39,008 nt of DNA from Nitrospirota bacterium. GTDB taxonomy: Bacteria > Nitrospirota > Nitrospiria > Nitrospirales > Nitrospiraceae. The stretch covers positions 1 through 39,008 of the forward strand of contig JACPZN010000054.1 in NCBI GenBank assembly GCA_016195505.1, read 5' to 3'. Under the pieces are notes generated by a model that saw only the letters and a program-made list of their open reading frames with translations, searched no databases and was not told the origin of the DNA. The position numbers were made by a program, and so were the translations under genes. Shown here piece after piece: positions 9,149 to 19,166 of the stretch (positions are counted from its first letter, which is position 1; the number at the start of each line of letters is the position of its first letter).

Positions 9149-10288
9149 GTGATGACGCGACGAGAACTCTTGAAAATAGCTGCGACATTGCCGCTCGTGA
9201 TGCTGGTGCGGCCGCGACCGTTCGATCTGTTCGCTGCACAACCAGGGGTCCCCGATGCCAGTCGTGGTCGATATGATCGGGTGCTGGTCCTTGTCGAGCT
9301 GACCCGGCCTCGTCTGGCCATCCCACGCGAACGGGTGTTGCAGCTTTCGCCGAAACTCGGGCTCCACTATGCGCTGGAACCCTTAATGCCGTTATGGCAG
9401 GGGCACGAGTTGGCCCTTGTGCAGGGCGTCGGATACGCCAAGCCGAACCGCTCGCATTTTCGATCGATCGAAGTCTGGGAGACGGCATCCGACAGCGATC
9501 AGATTCTCGACGAGGGGTGGCTGGCCAGACTGTTCGAGGCGTTTCCGCTCCCGTCTGAGTTTACAATCGACGGGATTGTGTTGGGCCGTCGCGAGGCCGG
9601 ACCGTTGAACGGCAAGACGGTACGCACGATCGCGTTGGAAGATCCTCAGCAGTTTCTCCAGCAAGCCAGCCGGGTGCGAGTCGTCGAGCAAGTTACGAAC
9701 AACGCGGCACTGGCCCACATCCTCCAGGTCCAGCGAGAGCTGTCGAATGCATCGTCGGATTTGCAAGTTCGATTGCAGCAGGCGCCGACGCTCTCGGCCA
9801 CATTCCCCGCGACGCCGATCGGGCGGCAGCTGTACACTGCGGCACAGCTCTTGGCGGCCAAGGTTTCTGTGGCAGTGATCAAAGTCTCGATCGGCAGCTT
9901 CGATACGCATGCCAACCAGCTCGGTCATCACGAACGATTGCTGAAGGAATCGGCGGAAGGGCTGGTCGCGTTTCGGCAAGCGGTTCAGCACGCTGGACAG
10001 TGGGACCGTGTCTTGGTCATGACCTATTCGGAATTCGGTCGGCGTGTGGGAGAAAACGCCAGTGCCGGTACCGACCATGGCACGGCGGCGCCGCATCTGC
10101 TGTTGGGCGGAAAGGTCAAAGGTGGCTTGTACGGCGCAATGCCGTCGTTGAGTGATCTCCAAGAGGGTGATCTGAAACATCAGATCGACTACCGCAGTCT
10201 CTATTCGACGGTGATCACAAACTGGTGGGGATTGCCGGCGACGATCTTTGGAAAACAGGACTACGCGGTGCTCGATTGCCTAGCCTAG
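9149..10288 (+). CDS. DUF1501 family protein with Tat-like signal; apparent in-frame deletion near 9303
   Basis: [33 protein letters not shown]; the family GGNDGLN segment is missing. Confidence 0.85.
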   Translation: MMTRRELLKIAATLPLVMLVRPRPFDLFAAQPGVPDASRGRYDRVLVLVELTRPRLAIPRERVLQLSPKLGLHYALEPLMPLWQGHELALVQGVGYAKPNRSHFRSIEVWETASDSDQILDEGWLARLFEAFPLPSEFTIDGIVLGRREAGPLNGKTVRTIALEDPQQFLQQASRVRVVEQVTNNAALAHILQVQRELSNASSDLQVRLQQAPTLSATFPATPIGRQLYTAAQLLAAKVSVAVIKVSIGSFDTHANQLGHHERLLKESAEGLVAFRQAVQHAGQWDRVLVMTYSEFGRRVGENASAGTDHGTAAPHLLLGGKVKGGLYGAMPSLSDLQEGDLKHQIDYRSLYSTVITNWWGLPATIFGKQDYAVLDCLA

Positions 10289-10479
10289 CCTCCGTCTTGC
10301 TCCTCATCTCCGTTGTCCGACTCTGGCATCGACGCCTCAGTCATGAGGGACGGGCCCGGGATTCGATACTGTTCTGCCGCCCATGTTCCGAGATCCGTGA
10401 GCTGACACCGTTCTGAGCAGAACGGGCGCCACGGATTGTTCTCCCACGATGTCGGTTGGTGACAGAGGGGGCAGATCAT
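10285..10479 (-). CDS. yacG: DNA gyrase inhibitor YacG
   Basis: MICPLC...[25 protein letters not shown]. Confidence 0.93.
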   Translation of the reverse strand: MICPLCHQPTSWENNPWRPFCSERCQLTDLGTWAAEQYRIPGPSLMTEASMPESDNGDEEQDGG

Positions 10480-10538
10480 ATGCTCAGTGTAGCGCCGTTG
10501 GGGAGATGAAGAAAGGCCCGTGTTGGGATGAGGGCCGG

Positions 10539-10874
10539 CTAGTTCTGAGGAGCGGACCGTGGTGTGGCGACGTGGAGAAAGCGTCGGAGCCGGCTGCGGT
10601 CCAATTCGGTAAGGTTTAGGAATTCTACTCCAAATTCGCCGTGGCTTGCCCACCGGACTGCGGCGGAATGGACGGTAATCGGTGAGCCGAGGTCGGTCGC
10701 GCGGATTAGGAGCTTGACGCCGGTACCTGGGTTGACAGGGGCAGCACTCGTTACCGCGCATCCTCCGGCGGAAATGTCGAACATCGTGCCTTCACGAATG
10801 TCGGTGTTTCCGATTGTCGAAAAAAGAACCTGGAGCTCAACAGGAATTCTGGGATGTTCCCGACATTCGATCAT
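10539..10874 (-). CDS. Stand-alone PilZ-domain protein (c-di-GMP receptor)
   Basis: Intact REHPR (RxxxR) and DISAGG (DxSxxG); VRW..FGVEF. Confidence 0.88.
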   Translation of the reverse strand: MIECREHPRIPVELQVLFSTIGNTDIREGTMFDISAGGCAVTSAAPVNPGTGVKLLIRATDLGSPITVHSAAVRWASHGEFGVEFLNLTELDRSRLRRFLHVATPRSAPQN

Positions 10875-11205
10875 GGTTGCCTCAGGGACTGTGTTAGTGG
10901 GCGATTGTCACTTTGAGGACTTTGACTGCAGTGGTAACCGCGCCAGCCTCGATTGCACCCGATCGGCACGAGCGATCGAAGACTCTGCTGTGCAGAGTTG
11001 GGGCTGACATCCAAGAGATGGTTGTCGTACAGACCAGCATAATCGCCAACATGGGTCGCTGCGAAGGACACCGTTTGTAATCGGCTTTTCCTAGTGGCTT
11101 TCAGTTGCACTCCTCAAGCCTAGCAGGGATGTCCCGGATGTAAAGACGAGCAAAACCTGCCGGAAAGAAGGAAGAAACGACATCAGGACAGTGACAAAAA
11201 CTGTC

Positions 11206-12714
11206 CTAACGGATCTGCTGGGCCTTTTCAATCTTGGCCCAGGCGTCTTTTAGGGATACGGTCCGATTGAAGACGAGTGCTTGTGCGGAGGATTCAGGGT
11301 CAACGCAATAGTACCCTTGTCTTTCAAATTGGAAGCGGGATCCGGCCTGGGCTACACGGAGACTTGGCTCGACCAAACAGCCGGTGCGGCGTTCGATGGA
11401 TTGGGGGTTCAAGTACAGCCGTGGATCCTTCGTCGTGCCCACACATTTGATGATGTAGGCATAACGCAGCCGGACTTCCCGGCCCGGGGCGAGGCGGAAG
11501 AACTGCTTGGGAGGGTCCTCCCGGAAATCGTTCTGCTCGATATAGAGAGTCTGGGAAAAGGGGACTTTCCTTGTTCCTGCGGAGGCGTCTTCCGGGTTGT
11601 TCACGGCGTCCAACTCCTCCACCGTGTCTTCCGGATAATTGTCGATGACGACTTTCAGCGGATTGAGCACCGCCATGACGCGTGGTGACCGCTTATTCAA
11701 ATCCTCGCGGATGAAGTATTCCAGTAGTTGCATCTCAACGATCGCATCGCGTTTGGCTACCCCGATGTGTTCGCAGAAGGCGCGGATCGCCTCCGGGGTC
11801 ACGCCCCGACGACGGAGCCCTTTGATGGTTGGGAGACGCGGATCATCCCAGCCGGCGACCAACTTTTTCCCGACCAGTTCGAGCAGCTTGCGCTTGCTCA
11901 TCACCGCGAAGGTGAGATTCAGGCGAGCGAACTCAATCTGTTGTGGACGATGAGGGGCACCAGCCTCTGCGACTACCCAATCATACAAGGGGCGGTGATC
12001 CTCAAATTCCAATGTGCAGATTGAATGCGTGACTCCCTCAATGGCATCGGATAGTGGATGAGCAAAATCATAGGCGGGATAGATGCACCATGCGGTACCT
12101 GTCCTATAGTGGATGGCATGTCGGATTCGGTAGAGCACGGGATCACGGAGATTGATATTGGGAGACTCCATATCGATTTTCGCACGCAAGACATGAGCGC
12201 CATCGGGAAACTCTCCTCCTCGCATACGTTCGAACAGGATGAGATTTTCTTCAACGCGGCGAGTTCGAAACGGACTGTTGCGGCCAGGTTCGGTGAGCGT
12301 GCCGCGATACTCACGCATTTGATCGGCTGTGAGACTATCGACGTAGGCCTTGTCTTTCTTGATCAAGGTGATGGCGAAGGCATAGAGCTGCTCAAAATAG
12401 TCCGACGCATAGAACATTTTCCCGTGCCAATCGAACCCCAGCCACCTTATGTCTTCCTGGATTGCTCGGACGTACTCGGGATCTTCAGTGGTTGGGTTGG
12501 TGTCGTCAAACCTCAGGTGGCACATTCCACCAGGATTCTCATTGGCGATTCCGAAGTTGAGGCAAATGGATTTGGCGTGGCCGATATGAAGATAGCCATT
12601 GGGTTCCGGGGGAAATCGTGTGACGACTCGGCCCCCATGTTTGCCGGTAGCAAGGTCGGCTGCCACAATGTCGCGAATGAAATACGAGGGACCTGAAGGA
12701 GCCGGTGTCATCAT
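11206..12714 (-). CDS. glnS: Glutamine--tRNA ligase, with apparent deletion in the anticodon-binding domain
   Basis: [41 protein letters not shown]; lacks the conserved KVKxTIHWV segment. Confidence 0.93.
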   Translation of the reverse strand: MMTPAPSGPSYFIRDIVAADLATGKHGGRVVTRFPPEPNGYLHIGHAKSICLNFGIANENPGGMCHLRFDDTNPTTEDPEYVRAIQEDIRWLGFDWHGKMFYASDYFEQLYAFAITLIKKDKAYVDSLTADQMREYRGTLTEPGRNSPFRTRRVEENLILFERMRGGEFPDGAHVLRAKIDMESPNINLRDPVLYRIRHAIHYRTGTAWCIYPAYDFAHPLSDAIEGVTHSICTLEFEDHRPLYDWVVAEAGAPHRPQQIEFARLNLTFAVMSKRKLLELVGKKLVAGWDDPRLPTIKGLRRRGVTPEAIRAFCEHIGVAKRDAIVEMQLLEYFIREDLNKRSPRVMAVLNPLKVVIDNYPEDTVEELDAVNNPEDASAGTRKVPFSQTLYIEQNDFREDPPKQFFRLAPGREVRLRYAYIIKCVGTTKDPRLYLNPQSIERRTGCLVEPSLRVAQAGSRFQFERQGYYCVDPESSAQALVFNRTVSLKDAWAKIEKAQQIR

Positions 12715-12816
12715 GATGAAGTCTCGTCTCAGGTTAATCGCTGGGCCGCCACATACGGGTGATGCTGCGAGGCAGTTCTACCACAGACAGGCTGAGGGGA
12801 GGAATGGGGAAGGAAG

Positions 12817-13242
12817 TTAGGAAGACGGTTCCGCTGTCTGGTGGCTCGACATCTGCATCACATTGAAATCCTTTTGAGCGATGAGGTGGCCTTCCATCCT
12901 CAATCGGAACTCATAGCGACCGGGAGCGGGGAAGATCAACGAGGGAATGTTGATGCCGAAATCGGAAATCTGTAGACGGTCACCAATGACAATATTGGGG
13001 AGAGTGGCGCGGCATACTAGCTGTTCGTTGTTCAGATATACCAAGTCAATATCGAAGTGATAGGTACCTTCGGCGTCAGTGAGGCAAAAATACAGCCCCA
13101 TTTGCTGATGTTGAAACGGAAAAGCGACGGCTTGGAGGTGCGTGAAAATACCGATCAGACTTTTCTTCTTCGTCAGACTGTCTTCGATGACCTGATCACA
13201 AACCAAGAAGGCCTGGACGCTCGGTTTTGCGATATCTGTCAT
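12817..13242 (-). CDS. Conserved hypothetical beta-sandwich protein (DUF6941-like)
   Basis: FLVCD...KKSLIGIF...FPAPGRYEF pattern recognised from memory. Confidence 0.7.
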   Translation of the reverse strand: MTDIAKPSVQAFLVCDQVIEDSLTKKKSLIGIFTHLQAVAFPFQHQQMGLYFCLTDAEGTYHFDIDLVYLNNEQLVCRATLPNIVIGDRLQISDFGINIPSLIFPAPGRYEFRLRMEGHLIAQKDFNVMQMSSHQTAEPSS

Positions 13243-13449
13243 GCTGGTTATTCTATGAAATGTACGGTCAACTGCAAAAGGGTTCTCGCATTTCTGCATA
13301 GAATTCGCACGAGCCAGGTCGCGTGCGATGGATCAAGGCGGACGTATTGGAACCGATTTCTTGAATTGCTGCCGGCGCAACGAGAGCGATTGCGAGTGCT
13401 GCTGACAGAGAAGAAATTCAAGATCGGGTGGGAGTTGGTAAGATAGCCC

Positions 13450-13986
13450 TCAACCCAGGACGACGGTCCCGCCTCGGGTTTCCGCGATATCACCAAATAG
13501 CGTCATGCCCGAACCGATCCTGCAGTAGTGGGGGGTTATCTCCACTAACGTCCCTTTGTGTGAGTAAAACTTTCCGGATGTGATCTGGACTTTATTTTCC
13601 GATGCTATCCGTGCCTCAAGAACAATCTCACCGGCCTGCTGGTCAGATAGACGAACCCATGGGGTATCGGTCGGCGAATCGAGTTGGGCTCGATGGATAT
13701 CGATGGTAAATTGCCCGGCTTGATTCAACGCCAACACGTTGCGGCGCAGATGCGCGATGTGGGTGCCGCCTTCGCCGTAGAGGTCGAGCGTCACGAGGAG
13801 CAGCCCTTGCTCTGGTTTAGACTCGATGACGAGTTGTTCCTTCCCGTGAATCTTGATCACACCATTGGTGTTGCGAAAAATATTTGATCCAATAAGAAGT
13901 TCAAGACCCAACTTCCGTGTCTCTGTTGCCGCCGTATTTGTGTGGGAAGAGGGCTCGGTTCTAGAAGATTCAACCGTTTCGTCCAT
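13450..13986 (-). CDS. Hypothetical protein
   Basis: Long beta-rich ORF with protein-like composition; candidate upstream promoter TTGACA-N18-TAGCCT (14097-14068). Confidence 0.65.
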   Translation of the reverse strand: MDETVESSRTEPSSHTNTAATETRKLGLELLIGSNIFRNTNGVIKIHGKEQLVIESKPEQGLLLVTLDLYGEGGTHIAHLRRNVLALNQAGQFTIDIHRAQLDSPTDTPWVRLSDQQAGEIVLEARIASENKVQITSGKFYSHKGTLVEITPHYCRIGSGMTLFGDIAETRGGTVVLG

Positions 13987-14157
13987 CAAGGCCCCCGGAG
14001 AGTGATTTCAGATTTTGGTCGTGTGCGTTGTCTGCCTGACACGTGCCGCTTGCCACAACGCGTTCGCAGGCTAGGCTTTCCACCTATATTCTGTCAAGAG
14101 TGGCCTATTTATTATGGGGAAAGTCCCCGTCGAATTGAACTCGTCTGTTGATGGTGA

Positions 14158-14613
14158 CTAGGGTGTCATCGTGCTTTCATTTCCGTGGCGATCCGTTGCC
14201 GTCACGCAAATCCTCACAGACTGTTCGCCCTGGGTTTGAATCGGTACAGTAATCGTCTCGGAAATCTGTCCTCCTCCGGTCGGTTTCGTCGCCGGTATTT
14301 CTCTGGCGAGCGCCCGCCCGTTGCCCAGGTCATAGTATATGGTTGTCTTGGCTAGATCGTTGAGTGAACCTCCCGCTACAGTTGCTGACGGCTCCGTGTA
14401 GGAGACCTGAATCGTTGGCTTTGCCGCGCTGACCTTCGTATGGACTTAGTTCGGACACTGGACAGTGTTTGGCTGGGTACCTGCACGACCGGCGCATCCC
14501 CAGGCGACACTTGTGGCGCACAGAACGAGGAGTGCGAGCACAAATCGAACCGATGCGTTTTGAGGCTGGCCCGCAGGAATGTGCGGAGGCGGCAAAGCAG
14601 AATCAGAACTCAT
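14158..14613 (-). pseudogene. Lipoprotein with fibronectin-III-like domain, interrupted by in-frame TAA (14446-14448)
   Basis: RBS GGGAGG, then ATG 14613. Translation: MSSDS...VRFVLALLVLCATSVAWGC...QCPN*VHTK...SYTEPS...GSLNDLAKTTIYYD...VTATDRHGNESTMTP*. Confidence 0.75.
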
Positions 14614-14823
14614 CACAGATTCCTCCCGAACAGAGGTTTTCAGGTCCTGCGAACTCGCCCACTCGGGTTTCTGCTGGGGTAGTTATAGGCCAGGGGCGGA
14701 GTGGTCGCAAGCCCGGGGTTCTGTTAGGGCGTCAAGCATTGTGAAACCGGCACCGGAACGGTGGCTTCGTTGCAAACCGAAAAGGGCTTATGTTACGGTC
14801 CAGCTCGCATACTTTCCGGAGAT

Positions 14824-14901
14824 GGTCCCATCGTCTAGCCTGGCCTAGGACGGAGCCCTCTCAAGGCTTAAACACGGGTTCGAATCCCGTTGGGACCACC
14901 A
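14824..14901 (+). tRNA. tRNA-Glu(CUC)
   Basis: Acceptor GGTCCCA/TGGGACC, anticodon arm GAGCC-CTCTCAA-GGCTT, GGTTCGAATCC, encoded CCA. Confidence 0.96.
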
Positions 14902-15361
14902 AACCGCACCTCGTGCGTGCCGCCTTCTTACTATCGTTTCATCGTAATTGACGAAGGCGGATAAAAGCCTCCAGTGGTTCTTGCCTTTGTCCGAATCATC
15001 GGTTAACCCGCGAACTGATATTCTATCGCTACACTCCGATGAACTCCGCCAGCGATCTCCTCATAGAAACACTCTGGTGATTGTCGTCTTTCTCTTGCCC
15101 CATCGAAAACGACGGCGCCGGACCGACTGATCGGCAAGTTTGCTTTGCCCCTCAACTTCCTGTTGGCTGGCGGCCACTGTAGTTTTTCGAGTTTGATGCA
15201 TTTCGGGGAAGTCCCACGGCAGTTTGTTGCTCTCGGATCACAAGTTGCCCGGTGAGCGCGTCATGTGTGGCGGCCCGCTCAATTCCGCTCTCGCACATTT
15301 TGCCGCGCGGTTTTTCGTAGAGTTGGGATACGGAAGAAAAGTATTTCAGCGCCACTCTTCA

Positions 15362-15391
15362 TTGACGCCCGTATTGTCGGTTGTGTATAAA
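15362..15391 (+). promoter_or_regulatory. Putative sigma70 promoter of the DHS-like operon
   Basis: TTGACG-N18-TATAAA. Confidence 0.55.
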
Positions 15392-15431
15392 GAATGCGCT
15401 TTTAACCTATCTCCTCTCAGGGTGGTGGGCG

Positions 15432-16535
15432 GTGTCAGCACGCGAATTTCATGACGGCGCAAAAGATGGATTAGAAGCGCTCGAACCGCTCGATCCCGAG
15501 AAGATTGCTTCGTTCAACGACTTGCTCGTGGCGATGGGCAAGACCGCCTTCGGTGGGCGTCGTCTCGGCGAGGCGTTCGAGGTGTTGTGGTCGATGGTCA
15601 GTGATCCCGACTGCAAAGTCGTCATGACGTTGTCCGGCGCCATGACCATTGCCAAGATGGGCAAGATCATCAGCGCGATGGTGGATCAGGGAATGGTGCA
15701 GTGCATCATCTCCACGGGGGCGCTGATCGCCCACGGTCTCAGTGAATCGGTCGGCAAAACGCATTATCAACATCATCCTTCGATGAGTGACGAAGAACTC
15801 TTCCGGAAGGGGTACAACCGTGTGTACGACACGCTTGAGATGGAAGCGAATTTGAATTATGTCGAGAATGTTGTGTCGCAAACGTTGAAACGGGTCAACC
15901 ATGATCAGCCTCTCTCCTCAGAGGTCCTTACGCGCGAATTGGGAAAGACGTTGGCGGAGGAATTTGATGGCGATGGGATTTTGAAAAGTGCCTACTTGAA
16001 GAAGGTGCCGGTATACATCCCGGCCTTCACCGATTCTGAGATGGGGCTTGATGTGGGGACATGGGCCATGGCACGCGAGATCGATCGGGCCCGCTCCCAG
16101 GCCGGTGAGAAGGGAGACCTTGCTGTATTAAAGGCTATCCACCAATCGTGCCCGTCATTCAATCCATACCTTGATCTCAACAGCTATGCCGATCACATTC
16201 TTTCGGCGAAGAAGCTCGGTATCTTCACGATTGGTGGGGGCGTGCCGAGGAATTGGGCTCAACAGGTTGGCCCTTACATCGAAATCGGCAATCTTCGCCT
16301 GGGTCTCACCGTGAAACCACCCCGATTCCACTACGGAGTCAGGATCTGTCCGGAGCCGGACTACTGGGGTGGGCTCAGCGGTTGTACTTACGAGGAAGGG
16401 CTCTCGTGGGGAAAGTTTGTGGCTCCGAAAGACGGTGGGCGCTTTGCCGAAGTGCTGAGCGATGCGACGGTGGTGTGGCCTCTGTTGATGATGGGGCTTC
16501 TGGAGCGGAAGAAAGCCACTGCGCGTCATCCATGA
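15432..16535 (+). CDS. Deoxyhypusine-synthase-like protein (probable homospermidine-type polyamine synthase)
   Basis: AFGGRRLGEA, YNRVYD, PAFTDSEMG, IGGGVPRN, GGLSG...EGLSWGK with the catalytic Lys retained; GTG start at 15432 inferred. Confidence 0.9.
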   Translation: MSAREFHDGAKDGLEALEPLDPEKIASFNDLLVAMGKTAFGGRRLGEAFEVLWSMVSDPDCKVVMTLSGAMTIAKMGKIISAMVDQGMVQCIISTGALIAHGLSESVGKTHYQHHPSMSDEELFRKGYNRVYDTLEMEANLNYVENVVSQTLKRVNHDQPLSSEVLTRELGKTLAEEFDGDGILKSAYLKKVPVYIPAFTDSEMGLDVGTWAMAREIDRARSQAGEKGDLAVLKAIHQSCPSFNPYLDLNSYADHILSAKKLGIFTIGGGVPRNWAQQVGPYIEIGNLRLGLTVKPPRFHYGVRICPEPDYWGGLSGCTYEEGLSWGKFVAPKDGGRFAEVLSDATVVWPLLMMGLLERKKATARHP

Positions 16536-17170
16536 AACGGAATGTCACACAACTTGGTTCAGCCGTACTCTTGTGTGGCTTAGTCTGGTTATCCCCTCTC
16601 CGGGCAGCGGATCCGCTTCAAATCGACTACCGCGTGAGGGGGCAGGCGAATGCACCAATTACTCTAATCGAATATTCCGATTTTACCTGCGGGTATTGTC
16701 TCAAATTTTTCAGAGACACCTGGCCCCGCATCCAAGCCCGCTATGTCGATACCGGGAAAGTGCGGTTTCTCTATCGGGACTATCCACGCGCTGATCAGGG
16801 ACCGGGCCTCGATGCGGCGACGGCGGCACGATGTGCCGGAGCTCAGGGCAAGTATTGGGCAATGCATGATCGCTTATTTGCTGAAGGAGGCCGACTCGAC
16901 ATGGCAGTCTACCTCCGCCATACGACCGCACTTGGTCTTGATCAGACTGCGTTTGAACGGTGCGTGAAGGAGGGACGGTACACGAAGTTGATCTTTGAAG
17001 ATCGTCAGGAGGCCAATCGCTGGGGGTTTCACGGAACCCCGGGCTTTATTCTCATGCGGACAACTAGCGAACCGACGGAGAAGGAACCGGCCATTGCGAT
17101 TCCTGGGGCATTTCCATTCGAGATGTTCGCTGAAGAAATTGACCGGCTTCTTGCAAGTGCTCCGCACTAG
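16532..17170 (+). CDS. DsbA-family thioredoxin-fold protein with signal peptide
   Basis: EYSDFTCGYC, GTPGF cis-Pro loop; ATGA overlap with the upstream gene. Confidence 0.88.
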   Translation: MKRNVTQLGSAVLLCGLVWLSPLRAADPLQIDYRVRGQANAPITLIEYSDFTCGYCLKFFRDTWPRIQARYVDTGKVRFLYRDYPRADQGPGLDAATAARCAGAQGKYWAMHDRLFAEGGRLDMAVYLRHTTALGLDQTAFERCVKEGRYTKLIFEDRQEANRWGFHGTPGFILMRTTSEPTEKEPAIAIPGAFPFEMFAEEIDRLLASAPH

Positions 17171-17264
17171 CAAGATGGCATTGCGGTTGGATAAACCCGC
17201 ACAGCCGGTTGGCACAGGACCTCTGGTCACATTAATAACGTTCGTAACAAGGTAGGAATTTCTT

Positions 17265-17537
17265 ATGGCTTCAACGCAATCTTTCTGGCCCGTCTCTCAT
17301 CGAGATGACGACTTTTGGGTCTGTATGTCTTGCCTTGGAGAAGTCTTCTATCAAAAAGTTCCCATGCCGGACTGTCCTTCGTGTCACGGCGTCTCGACCT
17401 ACGAAGGGTTTACCCTCGAAGCGATTCGCGATTGGGGAACAGAAGACCTGATTGCTAAGGCTGTGGCTGCACAGCAGGCATCCGCCGCCGCTCAACCTGT
17501 CGTTGAATCTGCTGCGTCGGTCGAAGCGGCGGATTAA
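17265..17537 (+). CDS. Small CxxC-x13-CxxC Zn-ribbon/rubredoxin-like protein
   Basis: WVCMSC...DCPSCHG, acidic Ala-rich tail; RBS TAGGA. Confidence 0.7.
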   Translation: MASTQSFWPVSHRDDDFWVCMSCLGEVFYQKVPMPDCPSCHGVSTYEGFTLEAIRDWGTEDLIAKAVAAQQASAAAQPVVESAASVEAAD

Positions 17538-17540
17538 TTA

Positions 17541-19007
17541 TTGCCGACCCCAGCGAGCCTTTCTGTGCAGGAACCTCGCCCATTTCTTGTTCACGGCCAA
17601 TGGAAGCAAGGCGACGGGACGGCCCGCGTCGTCAATCCATTCAATGGGCAGGTGATTGCCGACGTCGTCCAGGCCACGGAGTCCGATGTGGAGCAGGCCG
17701 CGGCCTCCACGTCCGGCACGGCCGCGACGATGAGCAAGCTTCCAGCACATGCGCGCTACAACATCCTCCAGCAGATCGCGGCAATGATCTATCAACGTCG
17801 AGGCGAGTTCGCCTCGACGATCACGGCCGAGGCGGGTAAACCGATCGCCGATGCAAAGCGCGAAGTCAGCCGAGCAATTCAAACCTTTACGGTTGCAGCC
17901 GAGGAGGCGAGGCGGATTCCGGGGGAGGCGGTGCCGCTTGATTGGACGCCCGGCACCGATTCCCATCTCGGCATTCTCCGCCGCTTTCCCATTGGTCCCG
18001 TTCTTGGCATCACCCCCTTCAACTTCCCGCTGAATCTTGTCGCCCACAAGGTGGCGCCGGCGCTCGCCGCCGGCAATCCGATTCTGATCAAGCCGGCTCC
18101 CCAAACGCCGCTGACTGCTCTGCTGTTAGGAGAAGTCGCTTTGAACGCGGGACTCCCTCCGGGTGGGCTCAATGTGGTACCTTGCGACAATGCCCTCGCT
18201 GAGAAGCTTGTCGTAGATCCACGGTTCAAGCTGTTGAGTTTCACGGGGAGTGCGCCGGTGGGGTGGATGTTGAAAGCCAAGTGCGGAAAGAAAAGAGTCA
18301 CCCTCGAACTCGGCGGCAACGCCGGTGTAGTAATCGAGCCGGATGCCGATCTTGATCTGGCGGCTCAGCGCTGCGCAGCTGGAGGATTCGGCTATGCTGG
18401 GCAGACGTGTATTTCTGTGCAGCGGGTATTTGTGCACCATTCGATCGCGGATCTGTTTACGACGAAGCTGCTGATGCATGTCGCTCGATTGAAGGCCGGA
18501 GATCCGACCGATGAGGCGACAACCATTGGCCCGTTGATTGATCAAGCTGCCGCCCAACGCGTCGAGAGTTGGATCGGCGAAGCCGTGGCAGAGGGGGCGC
18601 GAGTGCTGTTGGGCGGGAAACGGATGGGATCGGTCGTTGAAGCAACGGTACTGTCGAATGTGAAACCCGAGATGAAGGTTTCGTGTAGAGAAGTGTTTGG
18701 GCCTGTGGTCACCGTGACACCGTATCGTCAGCTCAGCGAGGCCATCGCGTTGCTCAATCAATCGGACTATGGGCTGCAGGCCGGTGTGTTTACGCAAGAC
18801 ATCAATAAAATCTTTCACGCTTTTCGCCATCTGGAAGTCGGCGCTGTTCTGGCCAACGAGATCCCCACGTTTCGCGCCGATCATATGCCCTACGGTGGTG
18901 TGAAAGACTCCGGTCTGGGACGCGAGGGGATCCGGGTCGCCATTGAAGACATGACGGAGCCCAAACTGTTGGTCTTGAACCTGAAAGAGCCAGCCAGCTC
19001 ACCTTGA
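17541..19007 (+). CDS. Aldehyde dehydrogenase family protein
   Basis: ITPFNFPLNL, SFTGS, LELGGN, GQTCIS, EVFGP, PYGGVKDSG. Confidence 0.95.
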   Translation: MPTPASLSVQEPRPFLVHGQWKQGDGTARVVNPFNGQVIADVVQATESDVEQAAASTSGTAATMSKLPAHARYNILQQIAAMIYQRRGEFASTITAEAGKPIADAKREVSRAIQTFTVAAEEARRIPGEAVPLDWTPGTDSHLGILRRFPIGPVLGITPFNFPLNLVAHKVAPALAAGNPILIKPAPQTPLTALLLGEVALNAGLPPGGLNVVPCDNALAEKLVVDPRFKLLSFTGSAPVGWMLKAKCGKKRVTLELGGNAGVVIEPDADLDLAAQRCAAGGFGYAGQTCISVQRVFVHHSIADLFTTKLLMHVARLKAGDPTDEATTIGPLIDQAAAQRVESWIGEAVAEGARVLLGGKRMGSVVEATVLSNVKPEMKVSCREVFGPVVTVTPYRQLSEAIALLNQSDYGLQAGVFTQDINKIFHAFRHLEVGAVLANEIPTFRADHMPYGGVKDSGLGREGIRVAIEDMTEPKLLVLNLKEPASSP

Positions 19008-19026
19008 AGAAAATCTTCAGAGGATA

Positions 19027-19055
19027 TTGCGAAGCGGGTTCAATCTTGATACAAC
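19027..19055 (+). promoter_or_regulatory. Putative promoter of pdaD-speB
   Basis: TTGCGA-N17-TACAAC with extended -10 TG. Confidence 0.45.
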
Positions 19056-19076
19056 AGCGGCCCTATACCTGGAGCC

Positions 19077-19166
19077 GATCTGGTTCATTTCGTTTGTCTG
19101 GTTTGTCTCATCGCAGGACGTAACCAAATAAACCAGAAAAACCAGATAAACCGAATCAACCAGCCG
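19077..19166. repeat. Inverted arrays of a 9-bp unit (AACCAGAWA-like) forming a long imperfect hairpin
   Basis: Right arm AACCAAATA AACCAGAAA AACCAGATA AACCGAATC AACCAGCCG; left arm holds reverse-complement copies GATCTGGTT CATTTCGTT TGTCTGGTT. Confidence 0.85.

Noticed and set aside
11140..11200. c-di-GMP riboswitch upstream of the PilZ gene
   Set aside because: The GCAAAACC...GAAA resemblance is only partial, the second stem is absent, and it is on the wrong strand for the PilZ gene.
14440..14848. Cys-containing plus-strand ORFs as RiPP precursors
   Set aside because: They are shadows of the minus-strand lipoprotein gene and the tRNA promoter region, with no RBS.
15432..16535. True eIF5A/EF-P hypusination system
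   Set aside because: No efp or hydroxylase gene is nearby, and the context is polyamine synthesis.
17265..17537. LysW/AmCP amino-group carrier protein (Zn ribbon with DWG)
   Set aside because: LysW needs a C-terminal EDWGE. Here DWG is internal and followed by about 30 residues, and no LysX-type ligase is adjacent.
19077..19166. CRISPR array, or a coding role via ORF 19017..19493
   Set aside because: The units are 9 bp with no spacers and there are no cas genes. The ORF is antisense to pdaD.
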